A DNA stretch of 64,000 nt from Capsulimonadaceae bacterium. GTDB lineage: Bacteria; Armatimonadota; Armatimonadia; Armatimonadales; Capsulimonadaceae. Below the pieces are notes generated by a model. It had not been told where the DNA came from, ran no database searches, and saw nothing but the letters and a program-made list of their open reading frames with translations. Positions 47,044 to 56,684 of this stretch are shown in pieces (position 1 is the first letter of the stretch; the number at the start of each line of letters is the position of its first letter). The translations under genes and the position numbers were made by a program. The stretch is from the NCBI GenBank assembly GCA_965215505.1, contig OZ244065.1, forward strand, positions 2,624,001 through 2,688,000. The letters are read 5' to 3'.

Positions 47044-48255
47044 CTACTTGTCCTGCAAGGCCGCCACGCCCGGCAGCTCTTTCCCTTCCAGGAACTCCAG
47101 CGACGCGCCGCCGCCGGTCGAGATGTGCGTCATCCTGTCGGCGAAGCCCAGCTTCTCCACCGCCGCCGCCGAGTCGCCGCCGCCGACGATGGTGATGGCC
47201 CCGCTGTCGGCCAGGGCCTGCGCGACGCCGCGCGTGCCGGCCGCGAACTTTTCGAACTCGAAGATGCCCGCCGGGCCGTTCCAAATCACCGTCTTCGCGC
47301 CCTGCAAGATGGCCGTGATCGCCTTCACCGTGGTCGGGCCGATGTCCGCGCCCTCCCAGTCGGCGGGGATCTCCTTGACCGGGACGACCTTCGTTTGCAA
47401 GGCGTCCGGATTGCCGTCGAAAGGGTTGCCGTCGGTGACGACAACGTCCACGGGCAGCATCAGCTTGACGCCTGCCTCGTCCTGCACCTTCTTGGCGAAC
47501 TCCAGGCTGTTCACGTCCAGCAGCGACTTGCCGATCTCCATTCCCTGCGCCTTGAAGAAGGTGTAGGCCATGCCGCCGACGATGATTAAAGTGTCCACCT
47601 TGGGCAGCAGGCTCTCGATCACGGGGATCTTGTCCTTGACCTTCGCCCCGCCCAGGATCGCGACGAACGGCCGAGCCGGGTTCTCGACCGTGTTGCCCAA
47701 ATAGTCCAGTTCTTTCTTGAGCAGGAAGCCGGCCACAGCGGGCTTGCCCTGTTCGGTCATCACGCGCGCCACGCCTTCGGTCGAGGCGTGGGCGCGGTGG
47801 GCGGCCCCGAAGGCGTCATTAACGTAGACGTCGGCCAGCTTCGCCAGCTCGTGGCTCATCTCGGGGTCGTTGGCCTCCTCGCGCGGCGTGTAGCGCAGGT
47901 TCTCCAGCATGACCAGCGTGCCGGGTGCCTCAAAGGTCTTGACCACCTGCGGCACTTCAAACGCATCCCGGTCCAGCAGCTCCACCTTCTGCCCCGTAAG
48001 CTGTGCCAGCCGCTCGGCGACGGGCTTCAGGGTGTACTTCGGGTCCGGCTTGCCCTTGGGCCGGCCTAGGTGACTCATCAGGATGACGAGCGCGCCCTTC
48101 TCGGTCAGGTACTGGATGGTCGGCAGGGCCGCCCGGATGCGGCGGTCGTCGGTGATCGCGCCCGTCTCGTCCTGGGGCACGTTGAAGTCCACCCGCACCA
48201 GGACGCGCTTGCCAGCCACGTCCACGTCTTCCACGGTCTTCTTGTTGAAACTCAT
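47044..48255 (-). CDS. pgk: Phosphoglycerate kinase
   Basis: [46 protein letters not shown]. Confidence 0.98.
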   Translation of the reverse strand: MSFNKKTVEDVDVAGKRVLVRVDFNVPQDETGAITDDRRIRAALPTIQYLTEKGALVILMSHLGRPKGKPDPKYTLKPVAERLAQLTGQKVELLDRDAFEVPQVVKTFEAPGTLVMLENLRYTPREEANDPEMSHELAKLADVYVNDAFGAAHRAHASTEGVARVMTEQGKPAVAGFLLKKELDYLGNTVENPARPFVAILGGAKVKDKIPVIESLLPKVDTLIIVGGMAYTFFKAQGMEIGKSLLDVNSLEFAKKVQDEAGVKLMLPVDVVVTDGNPFDGNPDALQTKVVPVKEIPADWEGADIGPTTVKAITAILQGAKTVIWNGPAGIFEFEKFAAGTRGVAQALADSGAITIVGGGDSAAAVEKLGFADRMTHISTGGGASLEFLEGKELPGVAALQDK

Positions 48256-48337
48256 TGATATTGTCCTCGCGCTTGGGTAAAGATGTGATACAAAACGCTC
48301 TCAGTATACCCGCCGCGCAAAAAGATTTTGCTGGCTC

Positions 48338-48372
48338 TTGACAATTAGAATACTAACTGTTATAATACTAAT
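48338..48372 (+). promoter_or_regulatory. Sigma70 promoter with overlapping putative MarR operator
   Basis: TTGACA-N17-TATAAT (extended TG); AATACTAA repeated twice and imperfect palindrome TTAGAATACTAA. Confidence 0.75.
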
Positions 48373-48373
48373 C

Positions 48374-48814
48374 ATGCAAGACGTTCCGCTGCCTGCCGCC
48401 CTCTGCACCGCCCTGATGCGTCTGGGGACGCGCATGGCGACCCTCTTCGACCAGAAGTTCAGCCGGTTCGGGCTGACCCAGGCGCAGTTCCGCGTCCTGC
48501 TGGCGGTCTGGGAGGCGGGCGCAGACGGGGTCACCCCGTCCGTCCTGGCCGACCGCCTGCTGATCGAGCGGGCGACGGTTTCGGTCCTGACGGCCCGCCT
48601 GGTGGAGCGCGGCTGGCTGGCCCGACGGCCCGGCGAGAACCGGCGCACGTTCCTCCTGGTCATGACCGAAGCGGGAACGGCGAGTCTGCTGGAATCATTG
48701 CCGCACGCGGCCGCGCTGGCGGACGAGACATTGGCAGGCTTCCACCGGGAGGAGCTGCGCGAGACTCTGGCGCTGCTGGACCGACTGGAAGCGCATTTAC
48801 GGGAGAAGGAATAG
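48374..48814 (+). CDS. MarR-family transcriptional regulator
   Basis: GLTQAQFRVL, LADRL..ERATVS..RLVERGW..NRR..TEAG. Confidence 0.92.
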   Translation: MQDVPLPAALCTALMRLGTRMATLFDQKFSRFGLTQAQFRVLLAVWEAGADGVTPSVLADRLLIERATVSVLTARLVERGWLARRPGENRRTFLLVMTEAGTASLLESLPHAAALADETLAGFHREELRETLALLDRLEAHLREKE

Positions 48815-48817
48815 GAA

Positions 48818-49291
48818 ATGGCAACAATTCATGGGGGGCGGTTCACCGCCGACACGTCGGAACCGTTCGTGGTTTTCCTGATCGGGATGCGGATCAACAA
48901 ACCGCTGGCCGTCCACAAGTGGCTGCCGACGACTCTCGCGATGGGGCCGATGCTGCGCTCGCTCGCCCAGGACCCGGACAGCGGCTTCCTGCATGGCGAG
49001 CCGTTCTTCTACCCCGGCGGGGTGGGCCTGATCCAATACTGGCGCTCGACCGAGGACCTGGAGCGGTTCGCCCGGTCCCCGCAGGAGCCGCACCTGAAGG
49101 CCTGGCGGCGCTTCAACAAGGCAATCGGCAAGGACGGCAGCGTCGGCATCTGGCACGAGACTTACGAGGTGGCGGCGGGCCGTTACGAGGCGATCTACGC
49201 CAACATGCCCCGCTTCGGCCTGGCCGCCGCGACGGCCCACGCCCCGGTCGGCAAGCGCGGCGAGACGGCCCGCGAGCGGCTGACAGTATAG
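48818..49291 (+). CDS. DUF4188 (putative monooxygenase) family protein
   Basis: FVVFLIGMRINK, IQYWRS, HLKAW..FN, VGIWHETY, YANMP.FGL. Confidence 0.88.
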   Translation: MATIHGGRFTADTSEPFVVFLIGMRINKPLAVHKWLPTTLAMGPMLRSLAQDPDSGFLHGEPFFYPGGVGLIQYWRSTEDLERFARSPQEPHLKAWRRFNKAIGKDGSVGIWHETYEVAAGRYEAIYANMPRFGLAAATAHAPVGKRGETARERLTV

Positions 49292-49355
49292 GCACGGCCG
49301 TGTCTTCCCCTTCGTGCAACCTTTTCGCGGCTGCCGTGTCAAAGGAAGTAAGACC

Positions 49356-49976
49356 ATGATTACACTGATCTGCTCGATACTTCTGCTGATCGGCATCCTG
49401 GGCCTGCTGGCACAGGTCGTGCTGGGCGGCCACCACGCCGGCCACCTGGGGCACCATGCCTCTGTCGGGCACGCGCACGGCGGCAGCGCAGGCCACGGGC
49501 AGGCCGGGCACGGGCACGCAGGGCAGAGCCATTCCGGCCAAGACCGGGGGCCCTCGCCGCTGTGGACGCTGCTGTCGCCGCTGGCCCTCTTCAGCGTGTG
49601 CCTCGGGACGGGCGCGACGGGCCTGTTGCTGAAGCACCTGCATCTGCCGACGGGCCAGGTCGCCCTCGCCGCGCTGGTCGGCGGGCTGGTCTTCTACGGG
49701 CTGCTCGTCCGGCCCCTCTGGAACGTCCTCTTCCGCTTCGCCTCCACGCCCAGCACCTCGCTCGCCGGGACCGTGGCGCACGAGGCCGAGGCCCTGACCC
49801 GCTTCGACGCATCGGGCAAGGGCCTAGTGCGCGTCACCGTTGACGGCCAGCTCGTCCGCATCCTCGCCACTTTGGAGCCGGAGGACAGGGCCGAAGAGGC
49901 AGTCCGGCCCGGCGACCGGCTCACCATCACGAGCGTGGACGGCCGCACCAATTCCTGCCGCGTCGCGCGGCTATGA
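49356..49976 (+). CDS. NfeD-like membrane protein with His/Gly-rich loop
   Basis: TM helices, GHAHGG..GH repeats, C-terminal OB-like GLVRVTVDGQ..GDRLTI; precedes SPFH gene. Confidence 0.75.
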   Translation: MITLICSILLLIGILGLLAQVVLGGHHAGHLGHHASVGHAHGGSAGHGQAGHGHAGQSHSGQDRGPSPLWTLLSPLALFSVCLGTGATGLLLKHLHLPTGQVALAALVGGLVFYGLLVRPLWNVLFRFASTPSTSLAGTVAHEAEALTRFDASGKGLVRVTVDGQLVRILATLEPEDRAEEAVRPGDRLTITSVDGRTNSCRVARL

Positions 49977-50119
49977 CCTACCCCCGCGACAAGTCGCGAC
50001 CCCTCCCTGTTAGGGAAGGGTAAGGATGTGGCGAAAGCTCTTCCTGTCTTCACCCTCCCTTGACAGGGGAGGGTCGCCGCTCGCCCTCCGGGTAGCCAGT
50101 GCTGCGGCGGGGAGAGGTC
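49975..50119. repeat. Palindromic element of CCCTCCC..GGGAGGG type
   Basis: Inverted hairpins CCCTCCCTGTTAGGGAAGGG / CCCTCCCTTGACAGGGGAGGG. Confidence 0.6.
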
Positions 50120-50143
50120 CGCTTAGACTTTAGGAGAAAACCC

Positions 50144-51475
50144 ATGGATTTCAGAGTGATTCTGTCCGTCGTCGGCCTCATCGTCTTCGTCCTGATCCTC
50201 GTCCCGATCATCATCAGCCGGTTCCTGACTACGGTGGACGCCGGGACCATCCGCCTCGTCTCGCGCTTCGGCGGCAGCACCTCCATCTACCGGGGGCCGG
50301 GCAAGGCCATCGAGGTGCCGCTGATGACCACCAGCACGACCATACCGTCCAAGGCCATCAACATCGACCTGGACATCGCCGACCAGACCGCCGACGTGGA
50401 CCGGAGCGGCGTCCCCAAGCCGATCAAGGTGCGCGTCCTGGCCTCGGCCATCGTCTCGGTCGGTGACTCCGACGAGATGATCACGACCTCGGCCAACAAG
50501 TTCTTCTCCAAGCCGCAGGCCGAGCAGACGGCAACCCTCTCGGACCTGCTGACCTCCACGGGGCGGCGCGCGGTCAATCTGCTCAACCACGACGAGCTGT
50601 TCTCCTCCAAGGGCCAGCGCGACATCTCCAGCCTCGCGCCCGGCTCGGACGTGGCCCGCTCCATCGCCGCCGTGCCCGTGGAAGAAGACGACCGCTTGGC
50701 GCTCATCATCAAAGGCGCGTGTTCGCGTGAATTGCAGGACCTGGGCCTGGTCTTTAACTCCCTCAACATCAAAGAGGTCCAGAGCGAAGTCGCCGAGGCG
50801 CGGCGTCGCCAGTCCGCCGTGGAAGCGAAGGCCAACGCCGACATCGTCTCCGCCGACCAGGAGCGCCGGGCGCGTGAGGCGCAGCTCGGGGCCGAACAGG
50901 CGATCAACGACAAGCAGCGCGACCTGGAGCAGCGCAAGGCGCAGAACGCCGCCACGGTCGCCGAGGCCGAGGCTTTGAAGCAGTCCGCGCTCGCCGTCCA
51001 GCGCGAAGCGGAACTGAAGGCCACCCAGATCGCCCAGGCGAACGCCGACGCCGCCCGCGTCCGCATCCAGGCGGAAGCCTCCGCCGACGCCGAGGCCGTC
51101 AAGGTCCGGACCCTGGGCTTGGCCCAGGCCGACGCCATCCGCGCCGTCAACCAGGCGATCCAGCAGGGCGGCGACGCCTACCTCGCCTTGAAGCAGCTCG
51201 AACTGCTGCCGCAGATCGTCCCGGCCATCGCCGAGGCCCTGGCGAACGCCAAGCTGATCAACATCAGCGGCGCGGGCGACGGGCGCGGCGCGGCAGGCAA
51301 CGCGACGGACCAGATCACCGGCGTCATCCAGACCCTCCTGGCGACCCAGCTTGTCAGCGGCCAGTTAAGGCTGGACGCCCCCGACCCCGCCCTGGCCCTG
51401 CCCCGGCAGAACGGGACAGAGCCGCAGGCCCAGCCAACGTCCGAGCAGGTAGCTCTGACGGCGCGGCGGAGGTAG
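50144..51475 (+). CDS. SPFH/flotillin-family membrane protein
   Basis: N-terminal TM, band-7-like region (DLGLVFNSLNIKEV), long Ala/Glu coiled coil; AGGAG RBS. Confidence 0.85.
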   Translation: MDFRVILSVVGLIVFVLILVPIIISRFLTTVDAGTIRLVSRFGGSTSIYRGPGKAIEVPLMTTSTTIPSKAINIDLDIADQTADVDRSGVPKPIKVRVLASAIVSVGDSDEMITTSANKFFSKPQAEQTATLSDLLTSTGRRAVNLLNHDELFSSKGQRDISSLAPGSDVARSIAAVPVEEDDRLALIIKGACSRELQDLGLVFNSLNIKEVQSEVAEARRRQSAVEAKANADIVSADQERRAREAQLGAEQAINDKQRDLEQRKAQNAATVAEAEALKQSALAVQREAELKATQIAQANADAARVRIQAEASADAEAVKVRTLGLAQADAIRAVNQAIQQGGDAYLALKQLELLPQIVPAIAEALANAKLINISGAGDGRGAAGNATDQITGVIQTLLATQLVSGQLRLDAPDPALALPRQNGTEPQAQPTSEQVALTARRR

Positions 51476-51479
51476 AGGG

Positions 51480-51761
51480 ATGAGGTCAGCCGCTCAATTT
51501 ATCATCCGCCAAAGCCGCTCCCTTGCCTTCGTCCTGCTTATGTTTGCGTTGCTGCGCGGGCTGGAGGTCTGCCAGGGCTTGTGGCAGGGGAGCGGACTGC
51601 ACGGATATGTGGTCCATTACGGCAAAGCGCACTCAGGCTTCACAGTATCCGTATGGGCCGCCTTCCTTCAGGCGCTGGCTTTGGCAGGGGCGGCGGGTTT
51701 GTTCGCCTGCATCGCCTCGTGGCATAGACGCCGCGCGCCACGGGCTGAAGCCCGAGGCTGA
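51480..51761 (+). CDS. Small membrane protein
   Basis: Two hydrophobic segments, starts 4 nt after SPFH stop; stop lies within a palindromic repeat. Confidence 0.45.
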   Translation: MRSAAQFIIRQSRSLAFVLLMFALLRGLEVCQGLWQGSGLHGYVVHYGKAHSGFTVSVWAAFLQALALAGAAGLFACIASWHRRRAPRAEARG

Positions 51762-52184
51762 GAAAAGCCCACCGTCCAGGGGACGCAAGATGAAAACCAG
51801 AGGGCGGGGATGGGAAGGTCGGGATGAACCCCTCCCCCACACCGACGCGAGGCGGGGCTGTGAACGCACCGTAGGGGTAGGGCTTGTCCCTACCCTCCCC
51901 GCTTGTCCCTCCTTCCATCTGCATCCTTCCGTCTCGCTCCTCTCTTCCGTCCCCCGGACGGCACATGGGGATCGCTCCGGGGAATCTTCGTAGGGGCGCC
52001 GCTTACCGCGCCCTCCTTCTGCTCCGGTCCCTTCTGCTCCGGTCCCTTCCCGGCGGGCGCGGAGAGGAGGGCGGGCAAGCGGCGCCCCTACCCACCCGGT
52101 CCCCACAGCCCCACCCGGTCCCCACAGCCCCACCCGGTCCCCACAGCCCCACCCGGTCCCCACAGCCCCACCCGGTCCCCACAG
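51739..52184. repeat. Cluster of REP-like palindromes with 15-bp and 19-bp tandem arrays
   Basis: GGGCTGAAGCCC..GTCCAGGGGAC; GTAGGGG REPs at ~51871, ~51989 and ~52069-52091; CCCACCCGGTCCCCACAGC x5 at 52091-52184. Confidence 0.85.
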
Positions 52185-52299
52185 GCGCGGGCGGCGGAAC
52201 GAGAACTAGATGGCCCTGCCCATGGCGACTGTGGGCTATGGCAGGAAAAACACCCTACCCCGCCGAACTTCCCGAAAACCGCCGCCAGGAGTCCCGCCC

Positions 52300-53214
52300 A
52301 TGCCCACCCCTCATGCCAACCTCCCCGTCCAAGAAGGCCGCCTGCCTTTTCACGGCTTTACCGACTGGTATCGAGTCGTCGGCGGGCCTGCCGAGCCGGG
52401 CAAGCTGCCCGTCCTGGTGCTGCACGGCGGGCCGGGCGCGGCGCACGACTATTTGGAACCCATCGGCGCGCTGGCCGCCACGGGCCGCCCGGTCATCTTC
52501 TACGATCAACTCGGCTGCGGCCTGTCCGACCACCCGCACGACCCGTCTCTGTGGCATGTTCCCCTCTTTGTCGAGGAAGTCACGGCGGTACGAAAGGCAT
52601 TAAGCCTGGACCGGCTGCACATCCTCGGCCAGTCCTGGGGCGGGATGCTGGGCATGGAATACGCGCTGACCCAGCCGGAGGGCCTGGCAAGCCTGATCGT
52701 CGCCAACTCCCCGGCCAGCATGACCCAATGGGTATCCGAAGCGAACCGGTTGCGCGCCGAACTTCCCGAAGAGGTCCAGGCCACGCTGCTCCAGCACGAG
52801 GAGGCGGGGACGACCGACTCGGCAGAGTACCAGGAGGCCGTCATGGTCTTCTACGGCCGCCACGTCTGCCGGACCGACCCGCTGCCGGACTATGTCCAGC
52901 GCTCCTTCGCCCAGATCGAGGCCGACCCGGAGGTCTATCACACCATGAACGGCCCCTCCGAGTTCCACGTCGTCGGGCGTCTGAAGGGCTGGGACATCAC
53001 CGAGCGCCTGAGTGGGATCGCCCTGCCGACCTTGGTGCTGTCGGGCCGCTACGATGAGGCGACGCCCTTGATCGCCCAGACGGTGCAGCACGGCATCCCC
53101 GATGCGGAGTGGGTTCTGTTTGAGGAAAGCTCACACATGCCGCATGTGGAGGAGGCGGAGCGTTATATCAAGGTCGTGGATGAGTTCCTGACGCGCGTCG
53201 AGCGGGCGGCATAA
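52300..53214 (+). CDS. Proline iminopeptidase-family alpha/beta hydrolase
   Basis: LHGGPG, YDQLGCG.S, GQSWGG, MNGPSEF, GRYDE, SSHMPH. Confidence 0.92.
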   Translation: MPTPHANLPVQEGRLPFHGFTDWYRVVGGPAEPGKLPVLVLHGGPGAAHDYLEPIGALAATGRPVIFYDQLGCGLSDHPHDPSLWHVPLFVEEVTAVRKALSLDRLHILGQSWGGMLGMEYALTQPEGLASLIVANSPASMTQWVSEANRLRAELPEEVQATLLQHEEAGTTDSAEYQEAVMVFYGRHVCRTDPLPDYVQRSFAQIEADPEVYHTMNGPSEFHVVGRLKGWDITERLSGIALPTLVLSGRYDEATPLIAQTVQHGIPDAEWVLFEESSHMPHVEEAERYIKVVDEFLTRVERAA

Positions 53215-53221
53215 GTCCGGC

Positions 53222-53728
53222 ATGAAGCGCATCGCCATCATCGGCCCCGGCGGGGCGGGCAAGTCCACGCTGGCGCGGCAGATCGGCGCGAAGACCGGCC
53301 TGCCCGTCGTCCATTTGGACGCCCACTACTGGGGCGCGGGCTGGGTGGAGCCGCCGAAGGATGCCTGGGAACAGGCAGTGCGAGGGCTTGCCGGGGGCGA
53401 GGCGTGGGTCATGGACGGCAACTACGGCGGCACCATGGACCTCCGGCTGGCCGCCGCCGACACCATCGTCTTTCTGGACCTGCCGCGCCATGTTTGCCTC
53501 CCGCGCGTCATTTTGCGGCAGGTCCGCTATCGGAACCGGACGCGGCCGGACATGGCGGCGGGCTGCCCGGAGCGGCTGACCTGGTTCTTCCTGAAGTACA
53601 TCTGGAACTACCGGCGCGACCGGCGGCCCGGCGTCTTGGAGCGGATGCAGAAGTACGCCGAGGGACGGAAGCTGGTCCACTTGCAGACGCCGAGGCAGGT
53701 ACGCCGCTTCCTGGAGGCGCTGCCGTGA
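53222..53728 (+). CDS. P-loop kinase, DNA topology modulation protein (FlaR)-like
   Basis: GPGGAGKST, HLD..YW..GW, WVMDGNY, RPDMAAGCPE. Confidence 0.85.
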   Translation: MKRIAIIGPGGAGKSTLARQIGAKTGLPVVHLDAHYWGAGWVEPPKDAWEQAVRGLAGGEAWVMDGNYGGTMDLRLAAADTIVFLDLPRHVCLPRVILRQVRYRNRTRPDMAAGCPERLTWFFLKYIWNYRRDRRPGVLERMQKYAEGRKLVHLQTPRQVRRFLEALP

Positions 53729-54306
53729 AGGAAAAGAGCACGCTCGCCACCGACCGGCTGCTCCTGCGTGAATTCACCGAAGACGACTGGCAGGCAATGC
53801 TGGCCTACCAGTCCGACCCGCTGTACCTGCGCTTCTACCCGTGGACGCACCGCACGGAAGACGACGTCCGCGCGTTCGTCGGCGCGTTTGTCGCCCAGCA
53901 GGAGGAGCGGCCCCGGCGCAAGTTTCAGTTTGCCCTCGTCCTGAAAGGAGACGGGCGACTCATCGGCAGCGGCGGCGTCCGCGTCCGTGACCCCGAGGGC
54001 CGGCAGGCCGACATCGGCTATGAGCTGGACCCACATTCCTGGGGGCGCGGCCTGGCGATAGAGGCGGCGCGCGAGTTGCTGCGCTTCGGCTTTGAAGACC
54101 TGAGGATGCATCGCGTTTCTGGGGACTGTGTGGCAGACAACGCGGCCTCGGCGCGGGTCATGGAGAAGATCGGGATGCGGCGCGAGGCACTGCTGCGCGA
54201 GCAGGCCTGGTACAAAGATCGCTGGTGGGACGCGCTGGTTTACGCGGTCCTGGAAGACGAGTGGCGGGCGGCACGGATGCAAGGAACACATCAGACCATA
54301 CGTTGA
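53725..54306 (+). CDS. RimJ/RimL-type GNAT acetyltransferase
   Basis: TDRLLLREF, IGYEL..WGRGLA.EAA, NAASARVMEKIGM. Confidence 0.92.
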   Translation: MKEKSTLATDRLLLREFTEDDWQAMLAYQSDPLYLRFYPWTHRTEDDVRAFVGAFVAQQEERPRRKFQFALVLKGDGRLIGSGGVRVRDPEGRQADIGYELDPHSWGRGLAIEAARELLRFGFEDLRMHRVSGDCVADNAASARVMEKIGMRREALLREQAWYKDRWWDALVYAVLEDEWRAARMQGTHQTIR

Positions 54307-54455
54307 AACGCACGGCTACTCAGCGGAGACGCTACAAACCCCCGCTTCGCGGGGCTAGAAGTTTCTCCTCAGTGCCGCGCCCTCCGGGTCTGCCAATGCA
54401 GAAGCGGTACTTCCTGGCGTCTGCGCCGTCTAGCCGTGCGTTTCAACGCATGGTC
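54294..54455. repeat. Palindromic REPIN-like element (GTTGAAACGCACGGCTA family)
   Basis: 54294-54318 vs 54431-54455 reverse complement 24/25; supplies the GNAT stop codon. Confidence 0.8.
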
Positions 54456-54479
54456 AACACGCGGCGAACCCATCCCTCC

Positions 54480-54509
54480 TTGACAGCGCCCCTCCTGCGC
54501 GGCTATAGT
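54480..54509 (+). promoter_or_regulatory. Sigma70 promoter
   Basis: TTGACA-N18-TATAGT, ending 6 nt before the ATG. Confidence 0.65.
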
Positions 54510-54515
54510 GACTGC

Positions 54516-55328
54516 ATGACCCGACGCTTGCTCTGCCTCCTCAGCCTCCTCCTATGCCTCGCACCGACGACCTACGCCGCGCCGCCGCAACGGATCGTCT
54601 CGCTATCGCCCGGCACGACGGAGATGCTGTTCGCGCTGGGCCTGGGCCGGTCCGTGGTCGGCGACACCGTCTACTGCGACTATCCGCCCGCCGCGAAGGC
54701 GATCTCCAAAGTCGGCGATGTGAACACCAGCTATGAAAAGGTGCTGGCCCTGCATCCAGACCTGATCGTCGCCGATGCCGCCGCGAATAGCCGGGCCGTC
54801 GCGCGGCTGACACAGCTCCATCAGCCCGTCCTGGCCGTCAGCCCGACCTCGCTCACCGCAGTTGAGACCAGCCTGCGTCAGATCGGGGCGCGCACCGGCA
54901 CCAGGCGGCAGGCCGAAACCATCATCGCCCAGATGGAGCGCAAGGCGCATCAGGCGGCGCTCATTGCGGCTGCCGACAAGCGCCCGCGCCCGCGCGTCTT
55001 GATCGTCGTCCAGACCAGCCCCCTGTGGACGGCGGGGGCGGGGACGTTCATGGACGACCTGGTGACGCGCGCGGGCGGCGTCAACGTCGGGGCCGCCGTG
55101 CATGGCTACGCGACGTTCTCTCGCGAGCAGGTCTTGGCGCACCCGCCCGACGTGATCCTGGGCGACGCCGCCGTGTCGGCCGCCTTCCGGGCCGACCCGC
55201 TCCTGGGCCGGCTGGCCGCCGTCCGGGCGGGCCGCTTTTACGCCCTGCCTGGCGACCTGACCTCGCGCCCCGGCCCGCGCCTGGCCGACGGGCTGGTGCT
55301 GGTGGCGAAGGCGCTGCACAGGAGATGA
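54516..55328 (+). CDS. Cobalamin/iron-siderophore ABC substrate-binding protein (BtuF-like)
   Basis: PQRIVSLSP..TEMLFALG, CDYP, EKVLAL.PDL, RPGPRL. Confidence 0.88.
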   Translation: MTRRLLCLLSLLLCLAPTTYAAPPQRIVSLSPGTTEMLFALGLGRSVVGDTVYCDYPPAAKAISKVGDVNTSYEKVLALHPDLIVADAAANSRAVARLTQLHQPVLAVSPTSLTAVETSLRQIGARTGTRRQAETIIAQMERKAHQAALIAAADKRPRPRVLIVVQTSPLWTAGAGTFMDDLVTRAGGVNVGAAVHGYATFSREQVLAHPPDVILGDAAVSAAFRADPLLGRLAAVRAGRFYALPGDLTSRPGPRLADGLVLVAKALHRR

Positions 55329-56440
55329 GAGCAGGAGCCCCCACCCCCCGCCCCTCCCCCGCAAGCGGGAGAAGGGAGCCAGATTTGGATTCAGAAAGGA
55401 AGCGGGAGCGTTCGGCTTCCTTCCTTCATACTCCCCTCTCCCGCTTGCGGGGGAGGGGCGGGGGGTGGGGGCTTCTTCTCCTCCTCCTCGCCTCCCTCCT
55501 CCTCGCCGCCGGGATCGGCCAGGTACACCTCTCGCCCGCCGAAGTCCTCGCCGCCCTCAAGCACGGCCCGCGCGGGGCAGGCCCAAACGACGGCATCGTC
55601 TGGGAGCTGCGCCTGCCGCGCATCCTGCTGGCCGCCCTCGTCGGCGCGTCCCTGGCCGCGGCCGGGGTCGCCTTCCAGGCCCTGCTGCGGAACGATCTGG
55701 CGGACCCGTACCTCGTCGGCGTCTCGGCGGGGGCCTCGGTCGGGTCCGAGGCGACGATACTTCTGCACGGGGAGGCCGCGCTGGGCGGGTTCGCCCTGCC
55801 CGCCGCCGCCTTCGCGGCGGCTTCGGCGGCGATGTCCACGGTCTACGCGCTGGCCCGGCGGCACGGGCGGGTCGCCGTCACCTCGCTGCTGCTGGTCGGG
55901 GTCGTCGTCAGCGCCTTCCTCGGCGGCGTCTCCACCCTGATGCTCCAGTTCAGCCGCCCCAATGACGCCCAATACATTCAGTTCCGGCTGAACGGCTCGC
56001 TGCAAGACGCGACGCTTACGCAGTGCGGTGTGACACTGGGCTTCCTGACCGTCGGCCTGCTGGTCCTGGCCGTCGAGGCGCGGGCGATGAACCTGTTCGC
56101 ACTGGGCGAGGAGTCCGCGCAGCAGCTCGGCATCGAGACGGAGCGGTTCAAGGCGGTCCTGATCGTCACCGGCTCGCTGCTGACGGCGGCGACGGTCGCC
56201 TTCGCGGGCATCATCGGGTTCGTCGGCCTGATGTCGCCGCACATCGCCCGCCAGATCGCGCGGACGCCGGATCACCGGGTCGTGCTGCCGCTGGCGACAT
56301 TAGGCGGGGCCATCCTGATGGTGTGGGCGGACACGGCCGCCCGGAGCCTACTGCCCGACGGCCGCGAACTCCCCGTGGGCATCGTGACCGCCTTCTTCGG
56401 GGCTTTCTTTTTCCTCTATCTGCTGCGGCGTCAGCGGTAG
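55325..56440 (+). CDS. FecCD/BtuC-family ABC permease
   Basis: LRLPRILLA, FQALLRNDLADPY, LGEESAQQLG, GIIGFVGL..PH, ELPVGIVTA. Confidence 0.92.
   Translation: MRAGAPTPRPSPASGRREPDLDSERKRERSASFLHTPLSRLRGRGGGWGLLLLLLASLLLAAGIGQVHLSPAEVLAALKHGPRGAGPNDGIVWELRLPRILLAALVGASLAAAGVAFQALLRNDLADPYLVGVSAGASVGSEATILLHGEAALGGFALPAAAFAAASAAMSTVYALARRHGRVAVTSLLLVGVVVSAFLGGVSTLMLQFSRPNDAQYIQFRLNGSLQDATLTQCGVTLGFLTVGLLVLAVEARAMNLFALGEESAQQLGIETERFKAVLIVTGSLLTAATVAFAGIIGFVGLMSPHIARQIARTPDHRVVLPLATLGGAILMVWADTAARSLLPDGRELPVGIVTAFFGAFFFLYLLRRQR
55336..55473. repeat. 138-bp palindromic element in frame within the permease 5' end
   Basis: Arms 55336-55378 and 55431-55473 are near-perfect reverse complements (CCCCCGCAAGCGGGAG core). 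Confidence 0.85.
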
Positions 56441-56449
56441 CCTCCAGTC

Positions 56450-56582
56450 CGAGTGGTTGAAATCACTCGCTGGAGGTGCGGGCGTCCAGGGGACGCTAAG
56501 ACGGGTTGAACCTAACGTCCTGTCTTTTCCCTCTTCTGTCCCCTGGACAGGTCCAGCGGTAGCGAGTGATTTCACTCACTCG
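56450..56582. repeat. Palindromic REPIN-like element (CGAGTG..AATCACTCGCT / GTCCAGGGGAC family)
   Basis: Same arms as 818-1920 and 60741-60880. Confidence 0.85.
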
Positions 56583-56591
56583 ACGCCTCGC

Positions 56592-56620
56592 TTGACACGT
56601 CCCCTCCCTCTTGGTATAAT
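56592..56620 (+). promoter_or_regulatory. Consensus sigma70 promoter
   Basis: TTGACA-N17-TATAAT with extended TG. Confidence 0.85.
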
Positions 56621-56684
56621 GGTTCATTCCCCCGCAATGGCGCGGCGTCTAATGCTACACACTTAGGAGCACGTCGCCTTTCCC

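Noticed and set aside
51523-52299. Protein-coding ORFs across the repeat cluster
   Set aside because: Translations are low-complexity products of REP and tandem repeats.
54306-54515. Cobalamin riboswitch upstream of the BtuF-like gene
   Set aside because: The space is filled by a palindromic repeat and a promoter abutting the ATG; no B12-box seen.
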